Below, piece by piece: positions 40,877 through 55,439 of a stretch of 64,000 nucleotides of DNA. The translations under genes were made by a program, and so were the position numbers. The notes beneath the pieces are model-generated. The model did no database searches. It saw nothing but the letters and a program-made list of their open reading frames with translations, and was not told where the DNA came from. Each line of letters begins with the position of its first letter. Position 1 is the stretch's first letter. The DNA comes from Octopus vulgaris (taxonomy: Eukaryota): the NCBI GenBank assembly GCA_951406725.2, contig OX597831.1, forward strand, positions 44,950,001 through 45,014,000, written 5' to 3'.

Positions 40877-42340
40877 TGTTGTTGGCATTCTTTTTGTCTC
40901 GGGAGACAATGGAGTTGCGCATAAAATAATCTAGTCCAGCTTTTACCTTTCATGTTCTAATACATCTCCTGCTGTGGCTGTGTAGTCCTATCCTGGGCAA
41001 ACACTCCCTCTGGCAGGTGCCGCAAATGTAGCGAAGACTTTGCCTGGCTGGTTGTAATGTCATACTTTCTTGTTGACGTCTTTTCTTGTCTTTCCATTTC
41101 TCCTCTCCTTCTATGTGTTCCCTCTTTTACGGTACGTCACCAATCTCCACGGTTGCTGGCAACTGCTTCCCAGTTGGTAATATTGATGTTGCAGGCATTC
41201 ATGTCCCTTATGCAAACATCCTTGTATCGTAAGAACGGTCTTCCCACAGACCTAGTGCTCCTAGCAAGCTCTCCATTGAGTATGTCCTTGGGGATTCTGC
41301 CATCTTCCATACGGCTAACATGTCGAAGCCATCTCATACGTCTTTGTGTGAGGAGTGTAAACATGCTTGGTATTCCTGCTTGCTTCAGGACATGATTCTG
41401 CCATTTGATGCGAAGGATTTTCCGGAGGCAGCGCAGGTGAAAGATATTTAGGCGACGTATGGTGTCCAAGTCTCACTTCCATACAGTAGAGTGCTAAGTA
41501 CACATGCCTGGTAAATCTTCATTTTTGTGGTCTTGGTCAGCTTATTGTTGTCCCAAGCCCGTTTGGAGAGTTGGGCCATCACAGCAGCTGCCTTGTCAAT
41601 GAGTATATTGAGCTCAGTATCAAGGGATAGGTTGTAGGTGACGGTTGAGCCAAGATAGTTAAACTTCTCCACCTCCTGTAATCTGTGGTCTCCAATATGT
41701 ATGTTTGGGATGGTCGATGTAGCCTGACCCATGATGCTGGTCTTCTTGAGGCTGATAAATAAGCCAAAGTTGCCACATGCTTGCTCAAAACAGTTGATGA
41801 GCCTTTGTAGAGCTTCTTCTGTGTGTGATACCAGAGTGGCCTCATCAGCAAATAGCATCTCCTTGATCAGGACGCTTCTGATTTTGGTCTTGGCACGCAG
41901 ACGCAAGAGATTGAACAGTTTCCCATCACTTCTACTGTGCAGAAACACTCTATCATCTGATGTCACAAAGGCATGTGACAGCAGCAGCGAGAAGAAGATG
42001 CCAAATAATGTAGGAGCAAGGACACAACCTTGCTTTACCCCATTTTTTATTTGGAAGGCGGCTGATGTTGAACCATTGTGCTGTATGGTGCCTTGCATAT
42101 CATCATGGAAAGATGTGATGATCCTCAGCAGCTTTGGTGGACATCCGATTTTTTGGAGCAGGATGAAGAGGCCTTTTCTACTTACCAAGTCAAAGGCCTT
42201 TGTCAGATCAATGAAGGCCATATATGATGGCATTTTCTGCTCTCTGGACTTCTCCTGAAGTTGGCGTATGGAGAATATCATGTCAATAGTTGATCTGCTT
42301 CTTCTAAAGCCACACTGCGATTCTGGATAAATTCGAGAAG
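40877..42340 (-). mobile_element. RTE-clade LINE, 5'-truncated, frameshifted
   Basis: FIDLTKAFD, GVKQGCVLAPTLF, LFADE, LLYGSETW, FHLRCLRKIL, RIPKDIL. 3' end ATTGTCTCCCGAGAC..GCCAACAACAA. Confidence 0.9.
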
Positions 42341-45300
42341 CTCGCTCTGGGCACCATTGGGCTGACTGTCCAAGGCTATGACACCACAGTCAGCGCTATG
42401 GCTTGGCTTGGCATGTGTCTTCTGCTATAGCTTCAGACCAACCAAAGCCTGGTCAGTGGATTTTGTAGACAGAAACTGAAAGAAATCAATTGTATGTATA
42501 TATGTAAGTCTATGTGTGTGTCTTCGTGTTTCTCCCTCATCACTTCTCCCTCACAACTGGTGTTCGTTTATTTACATCCCCATTACTTACTGGTTTCACA
42601 AGAAGAAACTGATAGAATAAGTACCAGGCTTATCAAAATATAAAAAAGCACTACGAAGTGTCTCATAATTTTGTTTGCCCACTCAGTTGTATCTATCAAT
42701 TTATCTTCGTGTGTGTGTTTGTGTATACATATATGTATACACACACACACACACATATATATATAAATCATAGTTCTTGAACCGGTACTTCAAGTAACGA
42801 CTAGGGTAGGGTAACTGACTGGTTATTGTGGTCATTCGTATTTTGGTTTCCTGTAGCTTTGCTCTCTTTTACAAACCCGGTGTACATATATTTCCTATTT
42901 CAAAGAAATTCAAACAATAGATATAAGACCCAAGTTAAAAAGATTTTCAACAATTCAACTTCTCTGGTTGACATTAAGATGCCCACCCCAACAGGGGCCT
43001 TAACTCTCACATTTTAGAGCTCCATGACCTTCATTTTTTAGGAGCAATATCTTTTTAACAGGTTCAATAACACTGGAATTTTGGAATATGCGCCTAAAAA
43101 TCAGTAGTATCGGATACATGTGGCATGATTACAGATTTTTTAGGGTGGGTAAAGAATGAAATAACCCTCATCTGCAATTTTTATGAAATTCGAAACATAG
43201 ATATTCCAGTTCATTACAGAAAATATATCAGAAAAGTCTAATTCTTCAATTGAATGTAACCGGGCAACGCCGGGTATCTCTGCTAGTTCTTAATAAAGTT
43301 GTCGTCTCTTCTATAATTAGCGAACATTTAATTCATCGCTCTATCCTTTGTGAATTGGTTTGTGTATTTTTAACGTGTGTAATGTCTAATGTTATTTTTG
43401 CATGGTATTTATACCTCAATTCTTTCGCGGCTTAGTCTGCTAGTCTTTTAGAATATCCCTTGTTAACGAGTGTTTGTTTTCTTCTCTGGATTTCTTTATT
43501 TAGTGCCACGTTTATAAAAGACAATCTGAATGCGCTTCTAAGTAGGGATTTCATTATCGACATTTTGTAGCTGTGTGGATATAGACTGTCTCCGTACAGT
43601 GACATATTTGTTTGTGCCTTTGGCGTACACGGACATAATGTGTCTATTATTTTACGAAGTATGAAATTATATTATTATTATTATCACCATCACCATCATC
43701 ATCATTTTCATCTAGACATAGAGTTAGTAGAATCGTTAGCACGCCGGCCGAAATGCTTTGCGATATTTTGTCTGCCGCTACGTTCTGAGTTCAAATTCTG
43801 CCGAGGCCGACTTTGCCTTTCATCCTTTCGGGGTCGATTAAATAAGTACCAGTTACGCACTGGGGTCAATATAATCGACTTAATCCCTTTGTCCGTCCTC
43901 TCTGTATTTAGCCCGTCCACTACATTATGAGTTGAGACTCATGGTCGATAAATTAAATGCCAGTTGCGTTCTGGGATCGATCCAATCGACTGGTTCCCTC
44001 CCCCAAAATTTCAGGCCTTATGCCTATAGTAGAAAGGATTATCTACCTCATCTAGACTAAAGGTTTTCAACAGGGGCCATTCAGAGCTCGAGGGGGATGT
44101 TTTGGAGTAAAGGGGCGCTGGAAGACCCTCAACTTTGGTAAGTTTTATTTGAAATTAACTAGTAGTTGCCATATTTTCACAACCCTACGACAGTCAGTTT
44201 TAAAAAGCATGCCTTTTTGTTTCAAATTTTCACTTTTTCCACACCATGTGTAACTGGTGTCGCTAAAGTGAAAGCCCCAAAACAAAAACTAGTAACAGAT
44301 GAATAGTGACAGACGATTAAAAGAAAAAAAAAAGCAATGAATAAATGCGTAAAGTTGAATGTGTGTGTTTGTGTGCAAATATATAAAGAATGGTGGTGAG
44401 AATTTTGGATGAATCTGGCTTTTGGGAGTGGCTAATAGGTATGTGTTTATGTATGTGTGTGCTTGTATGTATATGATTGCGTGTGCTGCCGTTTTGAATT
44501 CTTTTCTGCGATTGAACTTAAATTGATCCCTGGCTATTAAAGGCCCAATTGCACATACATACACACACAAACATTTGTTTTGGGTTTTGTATCCGTTTGA
44601 ACTGCGACCATACGCCAGATAACGTGGTAAGTCTTATGTTCCGAAATTTAAATTTTGAATTTGTTTTAATTATGAAATTACACTTCAGCTAAAAACATCT
44701 TTTGGCTCTAGAAAGCAGAACCTTTTCTTTCTCTTTCTATATTCTTTGTTAAGTTAGACTTTCTCTGTTTTGGTCAGGATTTTCCAATTTCTTTTTTCCT
44801 GTATCAAGCAAAGGGCGGAAGCATTAAAAAAAAATTAAATTCATAGCACCGAACAAGATCAAATCTATTAATTCTAATCGTAATAATGGAGCGGAATAGG
44901 ATCTAGTTGGTTTGAATCACAAAATCAGCTCCCTTTAATTTTGTTCAGACTGTTTTCAAATTTGGGCTATGGGTGGAGTTGGGAATTTTAATTATTTCCA
45001 ACTAATTACTTTATCTCATAAATTAAAGAATCTGATATTATTTAGATTTAAAGTTGGAAAACTTGTGTAATTTTAGCGAATCAACAGACAGCGAGGCATT
45101 AACAGCTAGTTACCATAGCAACATATGAGTCACTGTGCTGAATCTTCTCGTCTGCACGCGGTTTCTCTGTATGTTTCGATTTTGTTATTTTTGAGAAAAC
45201 TTTTATAAAACGTCCATTACTTTTGCTTATATCAATTAGAATTTTATTTCAGGTATTTTTCGTGAATTTTCGTAGTATTTTACATATATTTCGTGAAGTT

Positions 45301-45641
45301 TTACTGTTTTTATAATTTTTTCGTCATTCGTGAAGTTTTTCTGTGTTTATTTAATTTTTTATTGTTGGTAAAAGCCTAGAATGGCCGCATCCAAGTCATT
45401 TTGAAAACAGAGGTGGATGCTGCATATTTTCGAAGAAAAAGGGGTTATCCCTTAAAAAAAGGTGAAATAAATCCAGACACAATATAACTAAGAAAGTGGT
45501 TCATGGGAATTTGTACTGGCGGTGTACTCACAATGGATGTAATGAACGTTTGTCAGTAAGGACAGGAAGAAAAAAGAAAAACCTCGAATATGACCGCCAA
45601 ACCTGTCGCAAGCCACTTTTTTTTTTTCGGAAAAGAAAGGG

Positions 45642-46365
45642 GGATCTTTTCCTTTTGAACGGCAGTTTTCAACACATCATTTTTTCTTAGCTTTATTGAA
45701 AAAATTCTATAGTTTGTGAGATATTTCCACTTTAAAATCGAGCATTTCGGCAATTTTAACCAATCGCTGACCTCCATTGACGTAAACAACATGCCGTGCT
45801 GTATGAATATGTCCCTCGTTTAAGAAACAGATTGGGTTTAATTACATTTGCGAAGAAAAAAAGATACCCTTCCCACCCCTAAACAGATTGAAATGCAATA
45901 GATCGATATTAGGGTTATAATTATGGGCGACAATTTCATACGACACCGCTACGGAAAATGGGATTTTTTTTCTAGCGGTGTCAAATGAAAATGTCACCCA
46001 TAATTATAACCCTAGTATCGATCTATTGCATTTCAATCTGTTTTGGGGTTAAGGTTAAATAGAGTTAGGGTTAGGGAAGGGTATCTTTTTTTCTTCGCAA
46101 ATGTAAATAAACTCAATCTGTTTCTTAAACGAGGGACATATTCATACAGCACGGAATGTTCTTTACCTAAATGGAGGTCAGCGATTGGTTAAAATTGCCG
46201 AAATGCTCGATTTTAAAGTGGAAATATCTTACAAACAATAGAATTTTCTCAATAAAGCCAAAAAAAATGATGTTTTATAAACACATTCGACCAGTATACG
46301 AAGTTTAAAAGTATTTAGTTAACTAGAAATTGTGTTGACATATACCATTCAAAAAGAAAAGATCC
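45642..46365. mobile_element. Foldback MITE with long inverted arms
   Basis: GGATCTTTTCCTTTTGAACGG...TTCAAAAAGAAAAGATCC, flanked by direct repeat GAAAGGG. Confidence 0.8.
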
Positions 46366-46706
46366 GAAAGGGGGAGGGTGGTGTGTGACCTCGAAGTTTC
46401 TCGGAACTCAGAAAAGGAAATATATGGCTGTTATTTCTAACACGCCCTGCTACCAAATAACAGTTATTTGCAATAAAGGATCCGTTGTTTTCGCAAATAG
46501 CTGCTAATGCGGGTGCATTTGTAAATATTTACTTAAACACATACAGACAAATACATTAATATAACAAATAAATAAGTAAAAACATGACTTCATGAGGTAT
46601 TTATCTTTATTTAGAAACCTACAATGAACAGGTCACATAGGGTACAACCTTAAAGTTGACACCGTTCGCTAGAATTTATAGCAGCTGTCGTTGGCTGTTC
46701 AAGTGC

Positions 46707-47615
46707 GGAATCTTTTCCTTTTGAACGGCAGTTTTCAACACTATTTCTAGTTAACTAAACACTTTTAAACTTCGTATACTGGTAGAATGTGTTTATAAAA
46801 CAATTTCATACGACACCGCTAGAAAAAAATCCCATTTTCCGTAGCGGTGTCGTATGAAATTGTCACCCGTAATTATAACCCTAGTATCGATCTATTGCAT
46901 TTCAATCTATTTTAGGGTTAGGTTTAGGGGTGGGGTAGGGTATCTTTTTTTCTTCGCAAATGTAAATAAACCCAATCTGTTTCTTAAATGAGGGACATAT
47001 TCATACAGCACGGCATGTTGTTTACGTCAATGGAGGTCAGCGATTGGTTAAAATTGCCGAAATGCTCGAAATTAAAGTCGAAATATGTTACAACATATAG
47101 AATTTTCGGCGATCTTTCGTCCCGTCGATTTCCGTAAAAAAAATTTTTTTTTACATATGGGCTTGCGGCAACTTTTGAAGTAATATACATACATATACAC
47201 ATACACCGAGTAAAACATTTCAGTTATCTCTTTCTTTCACACACACTAACAGAAGCACTTCACTTACACAACATACTGTCTGTTTCCCACACCCCATCAA
47301 ACACACACACACATGTACATCAATGCTTCCCCTGGACGGTAACTTCAAAAGAACTTCCCTCGTCATAAAATGGCTTTCTCTTAGTCTCTTTCGCTCTCAT
47401 TACTTCAAAAGTTCCCGCAAGCCCATATGTGAAAAAAAAATTTTTTTACCGAAATCGACGGAAAGGTCTACTAGTGACGAAAGATTGCCGAATTTTCTCA
47501 ATAAAGCCAAGAAAAAATGATGTTTTATAAACACATTCTACCAGTATACGAAGTTTAAAACTGTTTAGGTGACTAGAAATTGTGTTGAAAACTGCCGTTC
47601 AAAAGGAAAAGATCC
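46707..47615. mobile_element. Second copy of the foldback MITE, with a nested TIR element at 47107-47490
   Basis: Same termini, flanked by direct repeat CAAGTGC. The nested element has CGGCGATCT/AGATTGCCG ends and duplicated AATTTT. Confidence 0.8.
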
Positions 47616-49126
47616 CAAGTGCGTGTTATTAAATGGAAAAACAGTTACTTTGAATCACCATAAAACATTTTTGTGTATAAATATATTGTTTATTCTGTGT
47701 TCACCTTTTGTGGCGGAAGCATGAGGTATGATACAAAAATATGTGTGTTTACAGACAAAGAAAGTTTTGATTTTTGTTTTTGCAGTGAAAGAAGTAACAT
47801 ATAATATTTGTATTACAGTATGTATGCATGTGTAGAATGAGAACAGTCATTTTGAGAATGTGTGTGTGATAAAATATCTTCGTTTACAAACCATATATCT
47901 TGTGTCGAGGTGAACAGACATGTAACACGTGGGATATTGCGCGTGGAGCTGCAATGAAGACATCTGCCTTTGACCAAGACCTGGCAGTAAATGAGATCGT
48001 TTCTACTGTATAGCTCAGAAAGAGGCTAGTATTTCAGAATGAGGTTACTGTATCAAAGCGAGGCTAGCTCAATATAATCGTCTGCTGTGTAGGTCGACCG
48101 TAGCGTCTCTGGCCACAAATTACTATGCCTAAGTTATGTAACTCTGCTACAAATTAGACAGTTTTCCGATTTTTAAACATCTGTAACTTTTCCGTCAATT
48201 TTTTTCTCAATAAATTCTTTGGTTCAAATGATTAAGAAATGAATACGTTTAATATGACAAGTTTTCATATTTTTTACTTCATTTTAAAAGGGGGCTGATT
48301 TTGTGACTCAAACACACTTTCTTTCTTGAGCATAAAAAAATCCGCTTCCGTGTGACAATAGTTTACATGTCAGATTGATGCACAAATTCTGGCCGTTTTG
48401 ATCAGGGAAATCAAAAAGGTTTGAAATGATTTCATCGACATTTACTTGTACCAAAGATCACTCCTTCGATAGACACAACACGTTGATCTCATAAGCGTCG
48501 CGTGGTAGAAATAAACGCAATTACCAAACTTTCTTTCATAAGACAATTTATTATTTCGTTTTTTTTTTTTTTTTGCATTTCAATTTGTACATTTGTACTC
48601 CCGATTTGTACTCCTTTATTTTTTTAATCATTATCTGCTGATATCAAAATAAGTAGTATATTGAAAAACAAAAATATTTTGTAGGGGGCCATTGGTGACT
48701 CCAAGGGTCAAAAGGGGTTGAGAAACTTTGATCTATACAGTGAGCTGGCAGAAACTTTAGCACGCCGGGCGAAATGCGTAGCCGTATTTCGTCTGCCGTT
48801 ACGTTCTGAGTTCAAATTCCGCCGAGGTCGACTTTGCCTTTCATCCTTTCGGGGTCGATAAAATCAAGTACCAATTACGCACTGGGGTCGATGTAATTGA
48901 CTTAATCCGTTTGTTCTCTCTGTGTCTAGCCCCTTGTGGGTAGTAAAGAAATAGGTATTTCGCCCGTCCACTACGTTCTGAGTTCAAATTCCGCCGAGAT
49001 CAACTTTGCCTTTCATCCTTTCAGGGTCGATAAATTAAATACCAGTGAAATACTGGGGTCCATTATTTGGGCTAATTGACTAGTTCCCTCCCCAAAATTT
49101 CAGGCTTTGTACCTATAGTAGAAAGG

Positions 49127-49168
<42 letters not shown>

Positions 49169-49704
49169 GTCATCATCAAGACAGCGAGCTGGCAGAATCG
49201 TTAGCGCGCCGAGCAAGATGCTTAGCGGCATTTCGTCCGTCTGTACGTTCTGAGTTCCAAGTCCACCTAGGTCAACTTGGCCTTTCATCCTTTCTGGGAC
49301 GGTAAAATAATTGCCTATTGAGCTCTGGGGTTGATGTAATCGACTCACCCGCATCCCCATTCCTCGACCTTGCTAGCCTTATAATTGTTTCAAATTATAA
49401 ATAATTTATAATGTATAATTATTTATAATTTGAAACAATATAAGTCAGTTAGGGTTATTTCATTTGCGTAATACGTATACAGGACCGGGGCTGTATTCTT
49501 CTCTAACGAGAGGACCCCTATTTGTGTGTTTATCACTATTAGTTTATTGATTTTGATTTTTAATTTGTTATTCTGGGTATTTTATAAATTTGTTTTATGT
49601 CCTTGAGTAAATCATTAATTTTCGCAATATATTTGTATCTGTTCATCATTACGTGCAAGTTAGTTTTCTCACGCTCACACATTAACACACACGCACACAC
49701 AGAC

Positions 49705-49779
<75 letters not shown>

Positions 49780-51625
49780 GTTGGTACATAAATACATTCA
49801 TGGATATGTATAAATATTTGTATATACTTGTCTTCTTCGTAGATACGCATAGACACACACGCATACATATGTACGTATGTATTTTTGTATGTATGTGTGT
49901 GTGTAATGAACAAACAAAGAGTTTATCTATTGACCATTTGTATATATATGCGTCTATATATCTATATCTATCTACACGCACACACGTGTGTGTCAGAGAA
50001 AAGAGAAAGTGAGATAATTATCTTTCTCACTTATCACTCAGTGTATATCTAATTAAAAATACGCCAGATTTGCGAATGTGAATATTTCCAGAAACTGCAA
50101 AGCTACATTAACCGAATTGTATAAGAAAATAAGAATCAACAACACTGACAGGCAGAATCAATACAAAAGAGCTTTACCATTTCTAAATTAGCGCTAATTT
50201 ATTTTGTTTAGTAAGCATTAAAAAAAAATCTAATAAGAAATACTTATGCGTTGAGGAAAAGACAACACTAACCCAATGACTAATATTTTTTTAAATTATG
50301 AAACTGAAGTAGCTTGAGATAAAAAAAAAAATCTTTATTTGTATGACATACTTAGCGTATGTCGTAGAAAAGCTACTATAGCGAAGGTAAAGTAAGGGAG
50401 ACAACTCCAGACGTGCTTCAGTTTTTATTAAACCTGCTCAGCAAAGCATAATGGGGTCGATGAAACAAGTACCAGTTACGCACTGGGGTCGATGTAACCG
50501 ACTTAATCCCTTTGTCTGACCTTGTTTGTCCCCTCTATGTTTAGCCCCCTGTGGGCAATAAAGAAATTTTAAAAAATCTTTTCTGCATTTACCATACTTA
50601 GGTTTTGAGTTCAAAATACCAAACCAGACTGATTTTGCCTTTCAGACTTTCAAGGCTGGTACAATAAGTGCCTATCAAATACCAGGACAAAATTTTGACT
50701 GCCGTCATTCCCATATTTAAGACCTTCTGCCTATGTCAATAATTCTTAAAATCATTAAGGCATTTGAAAGCACAAGATTAAGATAATCGTTAGAGCGACG
50801 GATAATATACTTTCTGGTATTAGTTCAGGTCCTTTACGGTTTTTACAGATAATTTGCATTATTTAAACCTGAAATGAACTAAGAGAAACATCTTAGAGTG
50901 GTACGTATTTGAATAACCACAACGAATAAAGGTATATTTAGTACCATACAAGGTAATTTTTAATTTATTGAAATTCATTTCTACGTCCAGAGAAGGTAAA
51001 TAATCGCTTGGTAACAACTGAGATCAGCTCGAATTAAAAAGAGGAGATAATCTCAATCATCGAGAATTCTCCAGGCCATTAAAGAAAAGACAGTTTGTTT
51101 GTCTGGAGACAAGTGACACGCCACTGGCCGCTATGAGTTATTTCCCTTCGCACATTTTCGTTTAAATCATTCAAATTACACTGGCCATTAATGTTTTTAA
51201 CTGTGTTTTTTTTTTTTGTATATATGTCTACGTATTCTGTCAAGAGGAAACGAAAGGAGGATAACTATTGCGCTAACGACGCCTCTTGATGCAGAAACAC
51301 GTATCGGCATACATGCAGGTATCTTTTTATCCCCAGGCAATCAAATTGTCTTGTCCTCCCTAGCGTGTCAATTTTGGAATTTTGAATCACGAGATTATCT
51401 CCCCTTTTCATTGAGTTGGTTCTAATTGCGACTGGCTGAATATTTTACCTTCTCTAGTACGGAGATACTTTCAATAAATCAATAATTTATATTTTATAGT
51501 ATTTAATACACACCTACTTATCTTCGTTGTTTAGTTATCTGCCTCTGGTCACTCGAGAGTTATTTTTCTAGGCTTATTTTCGTTTGCGTGTGTGTGCACG
51601 CGCATTTGTGTGTGTATGTATGTTA

Positions 51626-52087
51626 CTGTAAATCCTCGAGTATAGTCCGCCCTTGAGTATAATACGCAGGGTTTTTTTTAGGAGGCTGTACTTCTGAAAA
51701 ACCTAAACCTTGTGTATAATACGTACTCCTTCTCTAACTTGAGTCGTGCATAATTAAGCCAGCAGCACCTAGTCGAACAAACACTTCCGCGCATACGTAA
51801 TACAATAATGGTGATGTTCTTAACTGTTATATGGGAATGTAAATATGTTTGCTAAGTGCTTTTGTTACATGTTATTCTGTGTTCTGAACACTTTCAGGCT
51901 TAGCTTAAGGTATTTTCGTGCTCGACATCACAAAATGTGCCTGAATAAATTTTGCCGGACAGCAAATAGAGACTCGGACATTGCTTAGAAAATATTTTTT
52001 AATTTTAACCTCGTATATAGTACGCACTAGGGATTTTAACCTTTAAATTTTGAGGAAAAAATGCGGATTATACTCGAGGATTTGCGG
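51626..52087. mobile_element. Tc2/pogo-like MITE
   Basis: TIRs CTGTAAATCCTCGAGTATAGTCCGC / GCGGATTATACTCGAGGATTTGCGG flanked by TA. Confidence 0.8.
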
Positions 52088-52089
52088 TA

Positions 52090-52597
52090 TTTTTAGTTTC
52101 ATTTCTAGATTTCTTACTAATGTTAAAAGATCCGGTCTCTAACCTAGATCGGAGGCTCCTTCACTGGAATTTCAACAACATCAACAGGGTAGTTGTGCAA
52201 GTATGAGTGCAAATATTTGGAGTCAGTTCAAGTACACATCTCTATGTTTTGTTTTAGGTACGTTTATATGTATATTTGCATGTCTAGAAATGGGCATATG
52301 TATTTATACATGCTAAACTTTCGGAAAATTTTGCATATTTTCACAGTTCCACTGATGACTTACACCTGTATTCTTCTAATTAACCTTTTCCTTTCTGTTT
52401 GTGAGATCCTTAATTTCTCAGGATTGATATTGAGGCGGTGTGTTACATATCCTAGCACTTCATTAACTACAGGTGTAAACCTGAGTTTGTAATTCGGTTG
52501 GAGTAGCTTTAAATTGCTCAGTAGTTCAGCACATATGTTTTCGTTCTCGCTGATCTTCAGCTTTATGTTAACATCCGCTGGGCAACAGATTTCCACT
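52090..52597 (-). mobile_element. 3' end of a restriction-like-endonuclease non-LTR element (R4/Dong/NeSL-like)
   Basis: VEICCPADVNI..K..LL..L..YKLRFTPVVNEVLG resembles the RLE C-terminus (IE..CP.D.N..K..KY..L..PVV.G.LG). Confidence 0.6.
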
Positions 52598-53205
52598 GTA
52601 TGTATGTATGTATGTATGTATGTATGTATGTATGTATGTATGTATGTATGTATGTATGTATGTATGTATGTATGTATGTATGAATGTATGTATGCATGCA
52701 TGTATGTATGTATATATTTATTATGCATATATGTGTGTGTGAGAGGTGTCTGTCTGTCTGTATGTATGTATTATGTATGCATGCATGCATGTATGTATGC
52801 ATGCATGCATATATGTGTGTGAGAGGGGTGTCTGTCTGTCTGTATGTATGTATGCATGTATGTATGTATGTATGTATGCATGCATGTATGTATGTATGTA
52901 CGTATATATGTATGCATATATGTGTGTGTGTGAGGTGTCTGTCTGTCTTTATGTATGTACGCATGCATGCATGAGGGGTGTCTGTATGTATGTATGCATG
53001 CATGCATATATGTGTGTGTGAGGGGTGTATGTATGTATGTATGTATGCATGCATATATATGTGTGTGAGGGGTGTATGTATGTATGTATGCATGCATGTA
53101 TGTATGTATGCATGTATGTATGTATGTATGTATGTATGTATGTATGCATGTATGTATGTATGTATGTATGTATGTATGTATGTATGTATGTATGTATGTG
53201 TGTGT
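52598..53205. repeat. Complex (TATG)n/(CATG)/(TG)n satellite
   Basis: Directly visible. Confidence 0.9.
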
Positions 53206-54783
53206 GTTTTCTTTTATTCTTTATTCTTTTACTCGTTTCAGTCATTTGGCTGCGGCCATGCCGAAGCACCGCCTTAAAGGATGTTAGTCGAAGAAATCAA
53301 CACCAGGGTGTATTCTTTGTAAGCCTAGTAGTTATCCTATCGGTCTTTTTTGCCGAATCGCTAAGTTACGGGGATGTAAACACACCAGCATTAGTTGTCA
53401 AGCGATGGCAGGGTACAAACACAGACACACACACGCACACACAAATATATATGTAAGTAGAGTTAGCAGTTGGAATAACCATCTAAGGGATAAGAATATC
53501 CGTTCTTACAACCTGTATCAATTACCTATGTTAACCCTGGGCATGGGTATGCAAGCATACTATGCTCATAGGGTACTGGTAATAACAGAATAAACAAGAG
53601 TTTATCATGAATCAAATTTAAGCAAGCAGAAAATGCAGAAAACTTTTAATCAGCAAACAAACAAATTGACCAACATCAGTTAATTATTTTTCAATACAAA
53701 ACTTCACATTGCTTACGGCCGTTTCGGCTACCAGTGTCAGTCGATACCTACAAAGAAAATTCCGAAAATAATATTCGTCATTCGATCTAGTACATGGAGC
53801 GTCATCCGAATGAATACAAATACATAAAATTAAAGAAAGGTAGTGGAAAGAAGAAAGAACAGGACCTCAAGATGAGGCAAGAAGGATCAATAAATTAGAA
53901 TCATACCATTTTGCAGTGTGAAACTTGAAGTCAATGGGCAAAAGAGTAAACTTGCAAATAATCTAGAAAATTATTAGTGGGTTATCTCTTTTATGGAAGC
54001 ACTCCGTCGGTTACGACGATGAGGGTTCCGGTTGATCCGATCAACGGAACAGCCTGCTCGTGAAATTAACGTGTAAGTGGCTGAGCACTCCACAGATACG
54101 TGTACCCTTAACGTAGTTCTCGGGGATATTCAGCGTGACACAAGAGAGTGACAAGGCCGGCCCTTTGAAATACAGGTACAACAGAAATAGGAAGTAAGAG
54201 TGAGAGAAAGTTGTGGTGAAAGAGTACAGCAGGGATCACCACCATCCCCTGCCGGAGCCTCGTGGAGCTTTAGGTGTTCGAAACCGCGATCCTACGACCG
54301 CGAGTCCGCTGCCCTAACCACTGGGCCATTGCGCCTCCACTATCTCTTTTATAGGGGTACTCGGGAATATAATTAATAGTAAAATAAAACTAGTGCTTAA
54401 GTAAAATAGGAAACGTCGATAAGTCGAGAAAAAGGGTAGTATTTGTGATTTCATAAATAGAACTAATTAATATTTATCCAAAAACATACGCGTAAATTTT
54501 TTTATAATAGTGTACTTTTATAATAATGTAGAGACCAACCACCTGTTGTCCGTAATGGAATTGACCAAAGTCCAGCCATCTCTACAATTGGTCAGTTACA
54601 TTTAAAACCAGCTTCAATAATCTTATCCGAGAAAAAGAATAAAAAAACATTCTTTTTTTTTGTTGAAAATTTATCTTTGACTTAAATGCCTCAATTATAT
54701 AAATGTAAATATAACTGTCCAACTATACGGGAGAGGTATAACGAACATACATACATACATACATACATACATACATACATACA

Positions 54784-54889
<106 letters not shown>

Positions 54890-54981
54890 CATACATACAT
54901 ACATACATACATACGTGTGTGTGTGTGTCTGTGTGTGTGAGAGAGAGAGAAAGAGAGAGAGAGAGTGTGTGTGTGTGGCGT

Positions 54982-55018
<37 letters not shown>

Positions 55019-55439
55019 ATTTTTTAATGCTCTTTTTCTGTTCCCGTTATCGGACTTCAATCGGACCGAGGCTCCGCCTTCAATGGTTTTCTTCGATTAT
55101 ATCGATCCCAGTATTCTTTTTCAATATAATACTTATTTGATCGATCTCTATTTACTGAATGGCTAATTTCTCTTTCCGCATAAATGAACATCACTCAACA
55201 AAATTACTTTTCATCGCCGCCCCGATTCACTACCTCACACACATACCCACACGCTCTCCACTCCAATACACATACACACACAGGCGCACACACTCACACA
55301 CACATGCTCACATCCGAATGCGTGCATATTTGGTTATAGAAATGAAAGAAATACATGTAGTAAAATAGACATCAACGTATCATACATAAAGTATAAACAC
55401 TATCAATAAGTCTGAGATAACATCTCTTTTACACGTGCT

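Larger units (their letters stand above)
36389..43286 (+). mobile_element. Composite non-autonomous Helitron, 6.9 kb
   Basis: Starts TC, ends with a CCGGGCAACGCCGGG hairpin and CTAG, lies between A and T with no TSD. Empty site TTTTATTGAA|TTCTTAATAAAG at 12405/12406. Confidence 0.85.
44058..48730. mobile_element. hAT (Charlie-like) non-autonomous element with nested insertions
   Basis: Imperfect TIRs TAAAGGTTTTCAAC / GTTGAGAAACTTTG; 8-bp flanking repeat ATCTAGAC / ATCTATAC. Confidence 0.55.

Noticed and set aside
46045-46076. Interstitial telomere
   Set aside because: Only two or three degenerate TTAGGG units, internal to a repeated MITE.
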